A stretch of DNA of 64,000 bases, from contig JAUREO010000002.1 of assembly GCA_030827365.1 (NCBI GenBank), forward strand, positions 10,928-74,927, in the 5' to 3' direction. The notes beneath the pieces were generated by a model. The model was given only the letters and a program-made list of their open reading frames with translations. It did no database searches and was not told the origin of the DNA. This document shows positions 29,656 to 39,355 of this stretch, piece after piece. The stretch is from Poseidonia sp. Its GTDB lineage: Archaea > Thermoplasmatota > Poseidoniia > Poseidoniales > Poseidoniaceae. Both the position numbers and the translations under genes were made by a program. How positions within the stretch are numbered: the stretch's first letter is position 1; each line of letters begins with the position of its first letter.

Positions 29656-30426
29656 TGGGTCAATATCTGTGTCACTTTCTCCAACTATATCTTGAGGAGC
29701 AGAGAGCCTTGGTTGTGCATTGGCAAGGGATTGTTGCACACTATCTTCGATGGCACGGGCGTATTCGAGTAAGTCGTTGAGGGGGATGTCAATGTTTGTC
29801 ATGTCGCTTACCGCCTCAATAGCAACTGCTGCGGCTCTCGCATCGGGGTACAGTGGACTCGCTTCGGCGAGGAGGGCTGTAACATCAAGTCCCAATCGAT
29901 CACCTTCACTTAACAGAAACCCTGTAATTCCTGTCACAATTCCTTCTTGGATGGTGTTAATACCCAAACTTTTGAGTTGTTTTCTCGATGATTCGCTGGT
30001 CGAAACACCAAATAACTCACTTTCATTACTGTCCTTCGATAGTCTTGGAACACCATCGATGATAATGAGGCGTTCGAAATTTCCTTTGGTGTACCATTCG
30101 AGCACGGTCGAACCGAACATGACGTCCATTTCATTCTTGAATTGCAGTTGTGAAATGAAAACACCAAGTCCCTCAGTTTGATAGATTCGAACAGGATGTT
30201 TAGGAATTTCATCTTGAACAAGCGCAACGGCTGGAAAGTCTGCGTGCATGACTGTACCAAGTTGCCTCATATTGAGTGAATTGATCAAGTGAGCTGTGGC
30301 TATAGCCCCCACCTTTCCATCGGTGGTAAATCCACAAATGGCAACCCCGCCCGTTGCATTTGGGTCAGCGTCTTTTTGCAACATCAATGAATAACCCGGC
30401 ATCAGTGTATCCATTGTTCCACCCAA
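29644..30426 (-). CDS. PAC2-family proteasome assembly chaperone homolog (paralog 1)
   Basis: PAC2/DUF75-like: GVAICGFTTDGKVGAIATAHLI...ASPLYPDARAAAVAIEAV. The PDARAAA motif is shared with paralog 2. Confidence 0.65.
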   Translation of the reverse strand: MGGTMDTLMPGYSLMLQKDADPNATGGVAICGFTTDGKVGAIATAHLINSLNMRQLGTVMHADFPAVALVQDEIPKHPVRIYQTEGLGVFISQLQFKNEMDVMFGSTVLEWYTKGNFERLIIIDGVPRLSKDSNESELFGVSTSESSRKQLKSLGINTIQEGIVTGITGFLLSEGDRLGLDVTALLAEASPLYPDARAAAVAIEAVSDMTNIDIPLNDLLEYARAIEDSVQQSLANAQPRLSAPQDIVGESDTDIDPSFM

Positions 30427-30462
30427 TCCATCGTCAAAGTGGCTTATTCAAAAATTTGACCT

Positions 30463-33400
30463 CTAATCCTGCCACTCAGCCCAATCATCCCAGCCTTGTT
30501 CTCTGTACCACCAAACACCGAGTTCATCTTCATACCACTCAGTGCCATCCTCATCGATAGTGATGCCATCATCCGATGCCTCTTCTTGGTGTTCTTCAGG
30601 TTCTTCTTCTGATTCTTCGATGACATCGATTTGTCTTTTCTCGCCAAGACTGAAGTCGATACCTCGTTCTTCTGGTGCATCTTCACCAATGGTTTTTCCT
30701 TCTGCTTTCAGGGCATCAAGTGATTTTATCTCAACCTGTACATTCTCTCGGTCTTCGGGTTCATCAGTAGGTTGAACCATGTCCATTGCTTCTTCATACC
30801 AATCATCACCATCGTCTTCATCCTCACGGTCGGACCTTGCAGAAACAATCTTTGAAACAACGAGAATAACGACGACGAGCGCCAGTATTCCACCTCCAAC
30901 AGACAGCAATATGCTTTGAAGACTTGATGTCGATTCTGGTGTATCACTTGACTCTGGTGTATCGATGATAGGGTCATCAATATTCCAACGTAGTAAAGAG
31001 GCGGAAGAAGAGGTCAAGTCGGCTGATTCGGTCCATGTTGTTTGAATGGTGATTGTCGAATCATAAGACCCTCCAGAAGTGAGAACGACTGTTGTATCTC
31101 GGTTAAGAAGAATGGTCACCGTCTTCGTCTCATTGTCTTGAAGTGACAAGCCGTCTGCTGAAAACGAAACGCCGACAATATCCATACTTTCAATGACAAA
31201 TGAAACATCGACCGAAAATGGATTTGGATTCTCTAAACTACACTCATATGTTACCGAACTCGCACCCACTTCAAACGGAAGCGAAAGATCTGGGCAACTC
31301 AAGATGACATCGGTAATATCAGTTGGACTCCAATCTTCAGTCGTGTTGTTTTGATTGGAATCATCTGCGTAATTCAAGGTCACCTCAGCCGCCGTTTGTG
31401 AGTAAAATAGATGCTCTTCGAGACCTGTCAAACGAATCTCAAGCAATTGTCCGTCTTCAGCACTACCTGTAAGAAGCATGGTGCCTGATATCGAGGTAGT
31501 ACCCTCATCGTGGAGCGATCCGTCGGAAGATTTTCGTTTCCACTCAAGTGTGCCTGTCGATAGAAGTTCATCTTGAATTGACGGTGTAGATGTCAATGAA
31601 ATTTCGACAGCATATTGGCCATCAATGAGTTCTGATTCGGATGGCATTGATACATCGATTATTGCTCCACCAAGGACCATTAATTCTGAAGAAGTAGGTG
31701 CAAGAGGTTGCTCGGTTGGAACATCTTGGCCAGCAAATGATGCTTCAATGGTGAGTTGACCAAGCAATGAAGTTACTTCGGTGATGGTTGAAAAGTCCGT
31801 CAATGAAACGGAGCCAAACCCTGCATCATCGGTGACAAGGTCAACTTGATGTGAGCCTAAATCATGAGACAATGTAACTGTCACTTCTTTCGAGGCCACA
31901 ATACCTTCACTCGATTCGAGATTGATTTGAATTTCAAATGATTCGTCGAGGACAACAGTGTGTTGATCGGAAAGGTGAGAAGTGTTTGTTACGGAGATTG
32001 TCACTGTTGTATCTAAAACAACATCATTCCGTGGATAAATAGGTCCGACAGATACTACTGTCGTGGTGTAATTTCCATGTTCATCAGCACCAACAACGCC
32101 AAGGTAATATCCAGTTCCATCCACAAGCGTTTGTCCAGAAGCATCTTGGATGAGCTCAATACTGGTGACCGAACTATCCACGGTCTCTGCAACATTCATT
32201 CCGCTCACATTCGAGAATGATGATGTGCTTACAAAGATATGATACTCTTCCACACTCGAATTTCCTGCATCCCATGAGACGAGAATGGCACTCCCCTCAT
32301 CATCAGGGCGATCGCTCGCACTGACATTTTCTATCTGGCCAGGAGCAGGTGGAAAGGGAACTGTTACATTGAGAGGTTCGGAAAGATTGCTGACAATTCC
32401 GAAATCATGAATCGAACGAACGTAATAGGAATAGGTTGTGTTTGCTACGACATTGACATCAATGGATAGATTTGAGATTGTAGAATCATATGGCTGTGCA
32501 ACAGTGTCAACTGTTCCACCAAGTGGTGTTCGATACACAGCAAAATTCAACAAACCTTCACCGAAATAAGATTGGTTTTGCCATGCGATTTGAACCATTG
32601 TCGATGTCAGTTGGTCCAGCCTCAATACCGGTGTGGGTGGAACAACAAGATTTGGAGCTCCGTCCGAGTAAAGAATGCTAAGGGCGACTAAATTCACTGA
32701 ACCTTGTGCGGAACTGTTGAACGGCATATCAAATGAAAACGTCCCGTTTCCAAGAATCATTTTTTGATTCATTATGTTGGTAAGATTACCGATGATGTGT
32801 GGATTGATATCAACAATAAAATCGGCAGTGTATCGAATGGACATATTGCTCAGGACAAATGTTCCATTTCCGCTTGAGTCGTAGCTCATGTTGAATGTTG
32901 ACATTTTCACTCCGTATCCGTCGGTTGAATAGCTCCATCCATTTGATACCAATGAGAGAACGTTGGCGAGTTGATTTGACAAATCGGGTATTTGCAATGG
33001 TGAGGAGCCTGCCGCCCCGTTTCCAGCATACCCTTCGGCAGAGACATCCATATCTCCATTTTTGTCAATGTCGTACATCGCCCTGTGCCAAGTGCCAATG
33101 TAGACGCCTTTTTGATTTCCTTCTCCTGCAGCAACAACCTGATCTGTTATGCCATCGCCATCAAAATCGAGTGTTTGGACCATCGTTGGGTTCGTCCATG
33201 GTTCGAGATAAAATTCGGTGGAATTCAAGCTTGACTCGGTGACATGATGGCCGACGAGTTTTCCTTCTTTCGTTGCGGGATTGTTGTCGGTAATTCCTGC
33301 ATCTGGTATGAACACTGAAAATTGACCATCGCCATCGTGGTCAAAGATTCTTGCTGAAGTCAAATCCAAAGCTGATGTTTGTGTTGAAATTGACCATGTC

Positions 33401-34614
33401 GAGCCAGTATTGTTGGCGAAAACAAGGCCCTGTGGGCTTGAAGCGATGAAATCGATGTCTGAATCTCCATCAAGGTCACCGGGGATTGCTCCTGATGGTA
33501 AACCGTCAAAGACCACCGATGTCGGAGAAAGCCCAGTAGATGCTTGATAAATCACTTCAGTGCTGTGAACTTCAAACGAATTATCGGTCACGATGGCGGT
33601 ATAATCCGAATTAGGCCCGTCGAATTTCATGACATAGAGTGCGACGAGTGTAGCGGGGACCGCTGAATTGTTTTCGTTAATGGTGGCGTTCCCGTTCTGA
33701 CCAATAGCCGCAAACACGGTATTCCTAGCATCAAATTCTTGCAGTGCAACTTCGCCATTGTTTCGAATGGTGATTAAATCCGAGGCCCCATCTCCCGTGA
33801 GGTCTCCGACTGCAATGTCAATAATGGTTTGAGAAATAGAATTGTTAACCTGTTGGTCAAACTGACTGGTTGTTGTGTTGTACATATGAATACACAATTT
33901 GCCTGAGGTAAGGTTGACCGATGCAACATCTGCAAATCCATCGCCGTCAAAATCATCAGCAAGCACCCTATTACTTGCACAAGTCGAATTCGATGCGATG
34001 GAAGAAACACCTCCACTTGACATTGAAAACACATGGATTTCTGTTGATGTGCCGTTTTGTGCAAGTAAAACCACATCGTCAAGTGCATCTCCATCAACGT
34101 CGCTGGTTTGAATGTCTTTGACTTGACCAATTGGATAAAATCCGCCACCTACGTTTGATTGATATATCGTATCGAGGTTAATTGAATCGATGGTTAAGCC
34201 ATAAGGTAGGAAAATATCTGAAGAATTGGACATGGAATTGACTGTAGATGAAATTGTATCAACCACTGCTCCCCCATCAAACACATTTTGGTCGCCGATG
34301 GGACCGTACGAAGGGTCGGTAAAATTCCATTCATTTTGCCCATCTTCGTCGATATCGAGCCAAAGTTGGCCAGGTGATTGATAAGAAGATGTGGTTTGAA
34401 TCATGAATGTGGCATTCTCAACGGTGGTATTTCGCACGAGATTAATCGATACAGTCGTTGTAGTTTGACCACCCAAATCAAGTTGAAATTGGGCGGAACC
34501 GTCTGAAAAATTTACGATGCTACCTCCACCATCAGCATGTGCAGGAAGTAAAGGGAAAATGAATGCTGAAAGAACCATACATGTCAAAAAAGCCACTTTT
34601 TTTTGCCGGGACAT
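30463..34614 (-). CDS. giant surface protein with integrin-alpha-like FG-GAP/VCBS repeats, Ig/FN3-like region, C-terminal TM anchor and acidic cytoplasmic tail
   Basis: Signal peptide MSRQKKVAFLTCMVLSAFIFPLLPAHA. At least six D-x-D-G-D motifs (DVDGDALDDVVL, DFDGDGFADVASV, GDLTGDGASDLITI, GDLDGDSDIDFIAS, FDHDGDGQFSVFI, DFDGDGITDQVVAA). C-terminal TM ILALVVVILVVSKIV followed by an acidic W-rich tail. Confidence 0.7.
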   Translation of the reverse strand: MSRQKKVAFLTCMVLSAFIFPLLPAHADGGGSIVNFSDGSAQFQLDLGGQTTTTVSINLVRNTTVENATFMIQTTSSYQSPGQLWLDIDEDGQNEWNFTDPSYGPIGDQNVFDGGAVVDTISSTVNSMSNSSDIFLPYGLTIDSINLDTIYQSNVGGGFYPIGQVKDIQTSDVDGDALDDVVLLAQNGTSTEIHVFSMSSGGVSSIASNSTCASNRVLADDFDGDGFADVASVNLTSGKLCIHMYNTTTSQFDQQVNNSISQTIIDIAVGDLTGDGASDLITIRNNGEVALQEFDARNTVFAAIGQNGNATINENNSAVPATLVALYVMKFDGPNSDYTAIVTDNSFEVHSTEVIYQASTGLSPTSVVFDGLPSGAIPGDLDGDSDIDFIASSPQGLVFANNTGSTWSISTQTSALDLTSARIFDHDGDGQFSVFIPDAGITDNNPATKEGKLVGHHVTESSLNSTEFYLEPWTNPTMVQTLDFDGDGITDQVVAAGEGNQKGVYIGTWHRAMYDIDKNGDMDVSAEGYAGNGAAGSSPLQIPDLSNQLANVLSLVSNGWSYSTDGYGVKMSTFNMSYDSSGNGTFVLSNMSIRYTADFIVDINPHIIGNLTNIMNQKMILGNGTFSFDMPFNSSAQGSVNLVALSILYSDGAPNLVVPPTPVLRLDQLTSTMVQIAWQNQSYFGEGLLNFAVYRTPLGGTVDTVAQPYDSTISNLSIDVNVVANTTYSYYVRSIHDFGIVSNLSEPLNVTVPFPPAPGQIENVSASDRPDDEGSAILVSWDAGNSSVEEYHIFVSTSSFSNVSGMNVAETVDSSVTSIELIQDASGQTLVDGTGYYLGVVGADEHGNYTTTVVSVGPIYPRNDVVLDTTVTISVTNTSHLSDQHTVVLDESFEIQINLESSEGIVASKEVTVTLSHDLGSHQVDLVTDDAGFGSVSLTDFSTITEVTSLLGQLTIEASFAGQDVPTEQPLAPTSSELMVLGGAIIDVSMPSESELIDGQYAVEISLTSTPSIQDELLSTGTLEWKRKSSDGSLHDEGTTSISGTMLLTGSAEDGQLLEIRLTGLEEHLFYSQTAAEVTLNYADDSNQNNTTEDWSPTDITDVILSCPDLSLPFEVGASSVTYECSLENPNPFSVDVSFVIESMDIVGVSFSADGLSLQDNETKTVTILLNRDTTVVLTSGGSYDSTITIQTTWTESADLTSSSASLLRWNIDDPIIDTPESSDTPESTSSLQSILLSVGGGILALVVVILVVSKIVSARSDREDEDDGDDWYEEAMDMVQPTDEPEDRENVQVEIKSLDALKAEGKTIGEDAPEERGIDFSLGEKRQIDVIEESEEEPEEHQEEASDDGITIDEDGTEWYEDELGVWWYREQGWDDWAEWQD

Positions 34615-34748
34615 ATGCTTGCCTCGATTGGCTGACTGTATTTCTATTCAATATGCTTACGGTATCCTCAAAATTCTTCAAAATGCACAAAAATCTGTTT
34701 AGATTTATTTTACACAAGATTATCAATGAGATAGTGTAGTTTGGTACA

Positions 34749-35255
34749 ATGGCAATCCATCATCGAAATCGAATTCACATCTCAATTGGAGATGTTGTCA
34801 TCGATTTAGAAGGTTCAACCATCCAGGTCGACGAAGAATTTGACCTTCTGAAGGGTGACGATTCTTGGTCACACCTGATTGAAAAATTACGAGACGCAAG
34901 AGAACTTGCCGTGGAGGCTGCTGTTCGTGCAGTCAAAGATGTAGGCCTTCCTGAGCGAGGTTCTGCGTTCTTGGCACTGGTCAAAAAGTCTGCATTACAA
35001 CGCAAACCTGACCAAGTTCTCGGTGCGATTCACTATCTAAGGGAGGTTGAGGGGAAGTCCGACTGCCCTCCTCGTGTCATTGAAGATTTGTTTGAAGATG
35101 CAGGTCTTGAAAAACCAGGAAACCTTTCACTCTATCTTAACCGACTTCGAGAAAAAGAATACCTATGCATTCCAGACGGTGTCGAAGACAAAAACAGATA
35201 CGCAATACTTACACCCGAAGGCCGCGCCCACCTCGACAAGCGTTCGCTTGAATGA
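34749..35255 (+). CDS. hypothetical protein with C-terminal winged-helix-like region (possible transcriptional regulator)
   Basis: 168 aa. C-terminal LNRLREKEYLCIPDGVEDKNRYAILTPEGRAHL resembles wHTH recognition helix-wing (PadR/MarR-like). Weak assignment. Confidence 0.35.
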   Translation: MAIHHRNRIHISIGDVVIDLEGSTIQVDEEFDLLKGDDSWSHLIEKLRDARELAVEAAVRAVKDVGLPERGSAFLALVKKSALQRKPDQVLGAIHYLREVEGKSDCPPRVIEDLFEDAGLEKPGNLSLYLNRLREKEYLCIPDGVEDKNRYAILTPEGRAHLDKRSLE

Positions 35256-35264
35256 GGTGTAAGT

Positions 35265-35720
35265 ATGGTCATGTCGGGTGGAGGGCAAGGTGACCCTCGA
35301 GACGACCCTGATACTCACGAAGATGCGGAAGTGATTGATGCCTCCTATCAAAACCACAAGGGGGCGATTTTTCGCGGGGGGCGGCATTCAGGTTCAAATT
35401 TCAAAAGAGCCATTCTTGATGGTGCAGACCTTACGGGAGCAGATTTTACAAAATGTGACTTTCGAAAAGCATCGATGATAGGTGCGGACCTCATGAAATC
35501 CGCTTTTGATGGGTCGGATTTCCGTGGTGCTGATCTAAAAAAAGCAAGATTGAATCTATCGAATTTTCGAAATTGTCGACTTCAGGGAGCAGATTTGAGG
35601 GGTATTCGAGGAAAGTATGCAATTTGGCAAGATAGCGATTGGTGGAATGCCATTATCGACGATGATTTACGCAAAGCCCTTGCAAAAAAATGGCCGCGAC
35701 CTCAAGATTCTTCATCTTGA
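35265..35720 (+). CDS. pentapeptide-repeat protein
   Basis: Tandem A(D/N)LxG-type pentapeptides (GADLTGADFTKCDFRKASMIGADLMKSAFDGSDFRGADLKKARLNLSNFRNCRLQGADLRG). Confidence 0.7.
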   Translation: MVMSGGGQGDPRDDPDTHEDAEVIDASYQNHKGAIFRGGRHSGSNFKRAILDGADLTGADFTKCDFRKASMIGADLMKSAFDGSDFRGADLKKARLNLSNFRNCRLQGADLRGIRGKYAIWQDSDWWNAIIDDDLRKALAKKWPRPQDSSS

Positions 35721-36277
35721 AGTTCAAGGGTCACTTTCTGGTTCATAGCAAGTCTTGCTTGAGTATTGAGGATTGGCAAAACCGACATTGCAAAACATAG
35801 TCCAAGAACTGTGGACCATAGATACACAGTTGTCATATACGTGATTTGTAGCGATTGATTGAGACCTATTTTGGATTGACGGTAAATATCAAAACTTGTG
35901 ATAAACACAACACAAGTACCAAGGCCAACACCAACACCTGCAATTTTTGAGCCTACAGCATTGAGTTGACGTAACATCAAGCCCCCTACAATACTCGTGC
36001 ATCCCGCAATGCCGAGACCAACCGCTTTGTAAAGGAATGATGATTCTTCTTGATTGACTTTTTCAAATGCACGATAATCATCCAACGTTGTGTTTTCATC
36101 GGTCTGTCGGTTTGAATTTTTGAGTAGAGTATCAACCTCGGCATCACTCAAATCAGAGAAATGGTACATCAAGTTTGAATACGCAAAAAGGAGAAGTAGA
36201 ATTCCACCGATAACCATGAAAGTACCAATGTTCTTTGGTCCTTTCGTGTCTGGGCGTGGTTCAAACATTGGACTCAC
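35702..36277 (-). CDS. membrane protein (4 TM), hypothetical
   Basis: Hydrophobic helices (GTFMVIGGILLLLFAY, AVGLGIAGCTSIVGGLML, GVGLGTCVVFITSF, YLWSTVLGLCFAMSVLPIL). Confidence 0.4.
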   Translation of the reverse strand: MSPMFEPRPDTKGPKNIGTFMVIGGILLLLFAYSNLMYHFSDLSDAEVDTLLKNSNRQTDENTTLDDYRAFEKVNQEESSFLYKAVGLGIAGCTSIVGGLMLRQLNAVGSKIAGVGVGLGTCVVFITSFDIYRQSKIGLNQSLQITYMTTVYLWSTVLGLCFAMSVLPILNTQARLAMNQKVTLELQDEES

Positions 36278-36690
36278 TCCACAAGCAAGTGTTCAACCAT
36301 AGCCAAACGAAGTTCTTCGGGAATTGCAACTGGTTGAATGGAGATCATGTCCACACAAACAGTGGTTTGGGAAGATGACCAAACCATCGTTCCGAGTTGG
36401 TTGGTCATGCTGTACTCCCACACACAAGATGAAGAACCAATTTTTGACATCGAAATTTCGATGGTGATGATGTCGCCATATCGAATTGGTGCATGAAATT
36501 CAGAATCAATATGTTTGATAGGAAAGCCAACGCCAATATCATCCAATATCTGTTGATAGTTGTATGGAGTAAATTGCTCCCATGCATCCTCAAACAATCG
36601 ATGACATAAATCGTAAATTCGAGGATAATATGCAATTCCGGCTAAATCAATCATTGGAAAATCGATTTTACGGGTGCATTGAACAGCCAT
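36274..36690 (-). CDS. 4HBT-family (hotdog-fold) acyl-CoA thioesterase
   Basis: DLAGIAYYPRIYDLCHRLFEDAWE...GFPIKHIDSEFHAPIRYGD pattern typical of 4-hydroxybenzoyl-CoA thioesterase / YbgC-like hotdog proteins. 138 aa. Confidence 0.6.
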   Translation of the reverse strand: MAVQCTRKIDFPMIDLAGIAYYPRIYDLCHRLFEDAWEQFTPYNYQQILDDIGVGFPIKHIDSEFHAPIRYGDIITIEISMSKIGSSSCVWEYSMTNQLGTMVWSSSQTTVCVDMISIQPVAIPEELRLAMVEHLLVE

Positions 36691-36758
36691 GTGAAGTGCT
36701 CAAGGCGGTAGTGTATGAATGCTAGGGTTGAATCATATTTTCGTGCTACCCTGTGTGC

Positions 36759-36765
36759 TTATATT
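36759..36765 (+). promoter_or_regulatory. candidate archaeal TATA box for tRNA-Arg
   Basis: TTATATT about 24-30 nt upstream of the tRNA 5' end, matching the archaeal TATA spacing of roughly -26. Confidence 0.35.
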
Positions 36766-36788
36766 GGTCAGCCAATTCGGTGGAACGA

Positions 36789-36862
36789 GGCCTGTTAGGG
36801 TAGTCTGGATATCCTTCATCCCTGCGGAGGATGAGACCCGTGTTCGAATCGCGGACGGGCCG
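36789..36862 (+). tRNA. tRNA-Arg (anticodon GCG)
   Basis: Folded by hand. Acceptor stem GGCCTGT/ACGGGCC with one G-U. D-arm GGGT-AGTCTGGAT-ATCC. Anticodon stem CATCC/GGATG with loop CTGCGGA. T-arm CCGTG-TTCGAAT-CGCGG. Discriminator G. CCA is not encoded. One extra nt at the D/anticodon junction and a 4-nt variable loop. Confidence 0.6.
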
Positions 36863-36863
36863 C

Positions 36864-37859
36864 TCATTGGTCACCTTCATAGCCGCCAATCATCTTAATC
36901 TGTTCTTTAAGTTCGTTAATTTCAATCAATGCATTTTCACAAGGCATCTCGCCCCATCGGTCGGTATTATCGGACTCAAACCATGGATTTGACTCAAACA
37001 ATCGGCAAATGCTTTTCGCAAGCGAGGGATAGATGACTGCGGCTCGAAAAACAAAAAGACGATGATACCAAGATGGATGTTCTTTGATTTCAGATGGACA
37101 CTGGGCAAGAAATTCGACCGTTTGAAACAATTCATCAAATTCTTCCGAATGGGTGAAGTCGTTGGATGTGTCCTCGGAGATCGTGGTCCACCAATCTTGT
37201 CGGGGCTTTTGAAATTCAATTTTGTAGCCCGAAATACAAGGGTTCTGGAAATCTATTCGCCATTTCCAATTGTTTGTACCTTGAATGAGAATTTGGCTTT
37301 TGCCAAAATCAATCTCAGCATCGCATCGGTCGCTAAAAAATTTCTCCAAGACATCGGAAATTGGACTTTTCACATATCCATAAGTTCTCACCAATGCAAT
37401 TCTCAATGGGTGCAATTCCTCATGATGAAAAAAGACGTTGTCATTTAACAGACCTAAGACATAGGAGCACATGAAATCTATACCTGGTTGCATAGAGGTA
37501 TTACCAATTTGTATACACGCCTTGGTTGGTGATTGAACAAGTTGATTCAAGGGGTGGACTTCAACTGGTTCGAACGTTGTTCGAATGAAGGGGTTTCGTA
37601 AGGCATCAAGCCACGATTGCATGTTGATTCGGTAGAGGGCTAAATTTCCTTTGACAATCATCCTCATCTCATCTTGAAAATAAATTCGTTCTGAATTTCG
37701 CTCGATAATGTCCTTAAACAGTTCGAGCGACTTTTCGTAACTAACGACAACGCCTTCAAACTCTTCGAAGATTTCTTGCTTGGCGGTCTTGAACAAAGGA
37801 GTTGTGCTTTCTGCCCCGAACAACATATCGAGAATCGAATCTGACATATTCAAAACCAT
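36864..37859 (-). CDS. hypothetical protein
   Basis: 331 aa ORF with no motif I can assign. Ends 1 nt from the tRNA-Arg 3' end (convergent). Confidence 0.4.
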   Translation of the reverse strand: MVLNMSDSILDMLFGAESTTPLFKTAKQEIFEEFEGVVVSYEKSLELFKDIIERNSERIYFQDEMRMIVKGNLALYRINMQSWLDALRNPFIRTTFEPVEVHPLNQLVQSPTKACIQIGNTSMQPGIDFMCSYVLGLLNDNVFFHHEELHPLRIALVRTYGYVKSPISDVLEKFFSDRCDAEIDFGKSQILIQGTNNWKWRIDFQNPCISGYKIEFQKPRQDWWTTISEDTSNDFTHSEEFDELFQTVEFLAQCPSEIKEHPSWYHRLFVFRAAVIYPSLAKSICRLFESNPWFESDNTDRWGEMPCENALIEINELKEQIKMIGGYEGDQ

Positions 37860-37871
37860 TCGCCAGTGTAT

Positions 37872-38543
37872 TTAACCGTCGAGTCTCCAATCCACAATCT
37901 TCCATCCCTGCTCACGGGCATATTTTCGTAAACTGGATTCGGGGTTAACTGCAATTGGATGGCCGCACTCGCGCATAAACCATGAGTCGGCCATCGTGTT
38001 TCCGTACCCATAACAATTCCATAGCTTAGAATTTGACAATTCAGCATCACGTTGCATGATGGGGACCTTGCCCTTTCTGCGAGGAACCGACCAGCCGCGT
38101 TCAGAACCAGAAAGGCGGCCATTTCGCTCGCTTGGACCGCAGCCATATACCACATCGATGCCGAGCACCTTAGCCATTGCCTCTGCCATAGGAGCAACTG
38201 TTGCAGAAATGAGCACAAGTCTGTGTCCCTGTGCTTTGTGCCATTCAATACACTCTCGTGCTTCGCTTGGCACATACTTTGCTAACTTGTTTGTTGCAAG
38301 CTCAACGGACATCGTTTCAAGCACATCCCATGAAGCTAAACAGAAATGGCCTCGATTTCTTGCTGAATCATACAATGACCTACCACGTAACACATTTCCC
38401 ATGAAGCCTAAGGACCACATCATTGTACCAAGCGGAATTCGCCATGGGCGTTTTTTCGCAAGATGAGCGGTTAATGTTTTTTCGCTCGAGGCATTCAATA
38501 ACGTGCCATCAAGGTCAAAATAAGCGGTGATTACCTCGCCCAT
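37872..38543 (-). CDS. HAD-superfamily phosphatase (HAD-IB / phosphoserine-phosphatase-like)
   Basis: N-terminal DxDGT motif I (AYFDLDGTLL). Motif II S/T (VLISAT). C-terminal GxGxxDxxF-type motif IV (GYGNTMADSWF). Confidence 0.65.
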   Translation of the reverse strand: MGEVITAYFDLDGTLLNASSEKTLTAHLAKKRPWRIPLGTMMWSLGFMGNVLRGRSLYDSARNRGHFCLASWDVLETMSVELATNKLAKYVPSEARECIEWHKAQGHRLVLISATVAPMAEAMAKVLGIDVVYGCGPSERNGRLSGSERGWSVPRRKGKVPIMQRDAELSNSKLWNCYGYGNTMADSWFMRECGHPIAVNPESSLRKYAREQGWKIVDWRLDG

Positions 38544-38595
38544 TGAATAAACTCATCCATCACCACTACATGAGAAGAGCGGATGATTCAATGAT

Positions 38596-38907
38596 TCAAA
38601 CGTAATTATCGTGATTTGATTCTGCTTCGGCCATGCCATAGACACGGCGACCTGCACGGTGATCTTGCCACCAAGTAAGCCATTGCCCAAGATTCCTTGT
38701 GATGAAAAAGCCGACCTTTCGTGGTGTTAAGCCGTGGTTTCTCAGTTGTTGTTCATGATTCAAGTTTGCTACAATAGCCTGTGCAGTGCAACCTGGGTTC
38801 GCTGAAACAAATCGGATAATTTCATCCTTCAATCGTTGAAAGCGAGCCCGCTTCTGACCGCCTATGCCTCCGTTTTTTTGCATAGACCAAAAATCATAGT
38901 GAACCAT
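38596..38907 (-). CDS. small hypothetical protein
   Basis: ORF track extends to 39030. I start at MVHYDFW to avoid overlapping the upstream gene. No recognised motif. Confidence 0.3.
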   Translation of the reverse strand: MVHYDFWSMQKNGGIGGQKRARFQRLKDEIIRFVSANPGCTAQAIVANLNHEQQLRNHGLTPRKVGFFITRNLGQWLTWWQDHRAGRRVYGMAEAESNHDNYV

Positions 38908-38929
38908 TATCAAAGAATCGGGGGGATTC

Positions 38930-39355
38930 CTACTGGAATTCAACCGGTTGTGTCGTCTTCCAATTTGCTGTAGCGAGTTTCTTTGCTTTACCATCAGCGA
39001 TGATAGGATGGATATCATTAAGGCGCCCATGCATGCCTTGAACTTGGAATTTTACACGGAGTTCTGCAACACGGTCACGCATCAAAATCTCAACATGTTC
39101 TGGCTCAAGGTCGATGTGAGCGAGAAGCGTTCCTTCTACAGCACATAAAATTTGGAGTTGTTCGTTGGAGAAGACCATTTTTGGTCTAAAATTCCAATCG
39201 TCTGGGTGCAACATCCATACAGAAATATCAAGCGAAAGTGAATCTCGAATGTTAACTCGACTGATTTCGACTGTCTCCACCATACCGCTCAACCTATTCC
39301 AAAAGTCTTTGATTGATACACCTTTCTCTTTACATCGATGATTCATTTGTTGCAA
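38930..39355 (-). CDS. hypothetical protein
   Basis: 141 aa. Beta-rich, no assignable motif. Start uncertain. Confidence 0.35.
   Translation of the reverse strand: MQQMNHRCKEKGVSIKDFWNRLSGMVETVEISRVNIRDSLSLDISVWMLHPDDWNFRPKMVFSNEQLQILCAVEGTLLAHIDLEPEHVEILMRDRVAELRVKFQVQGMHGRLNDIHPIIADGKAKKLATANWKTTQPVEFQ

Noticed and set aside
30444-30689. Lys/Met-rich 81-aa minus-strand ORF overlapping the 3' end of the FG-GAP giant gene
   Set aside because: It overlaps the giant gene in a different frame. Its composition (KNxKN, MMASLSMRMALSGMKMN) is typical of frame-shifted acidic coding sequence.
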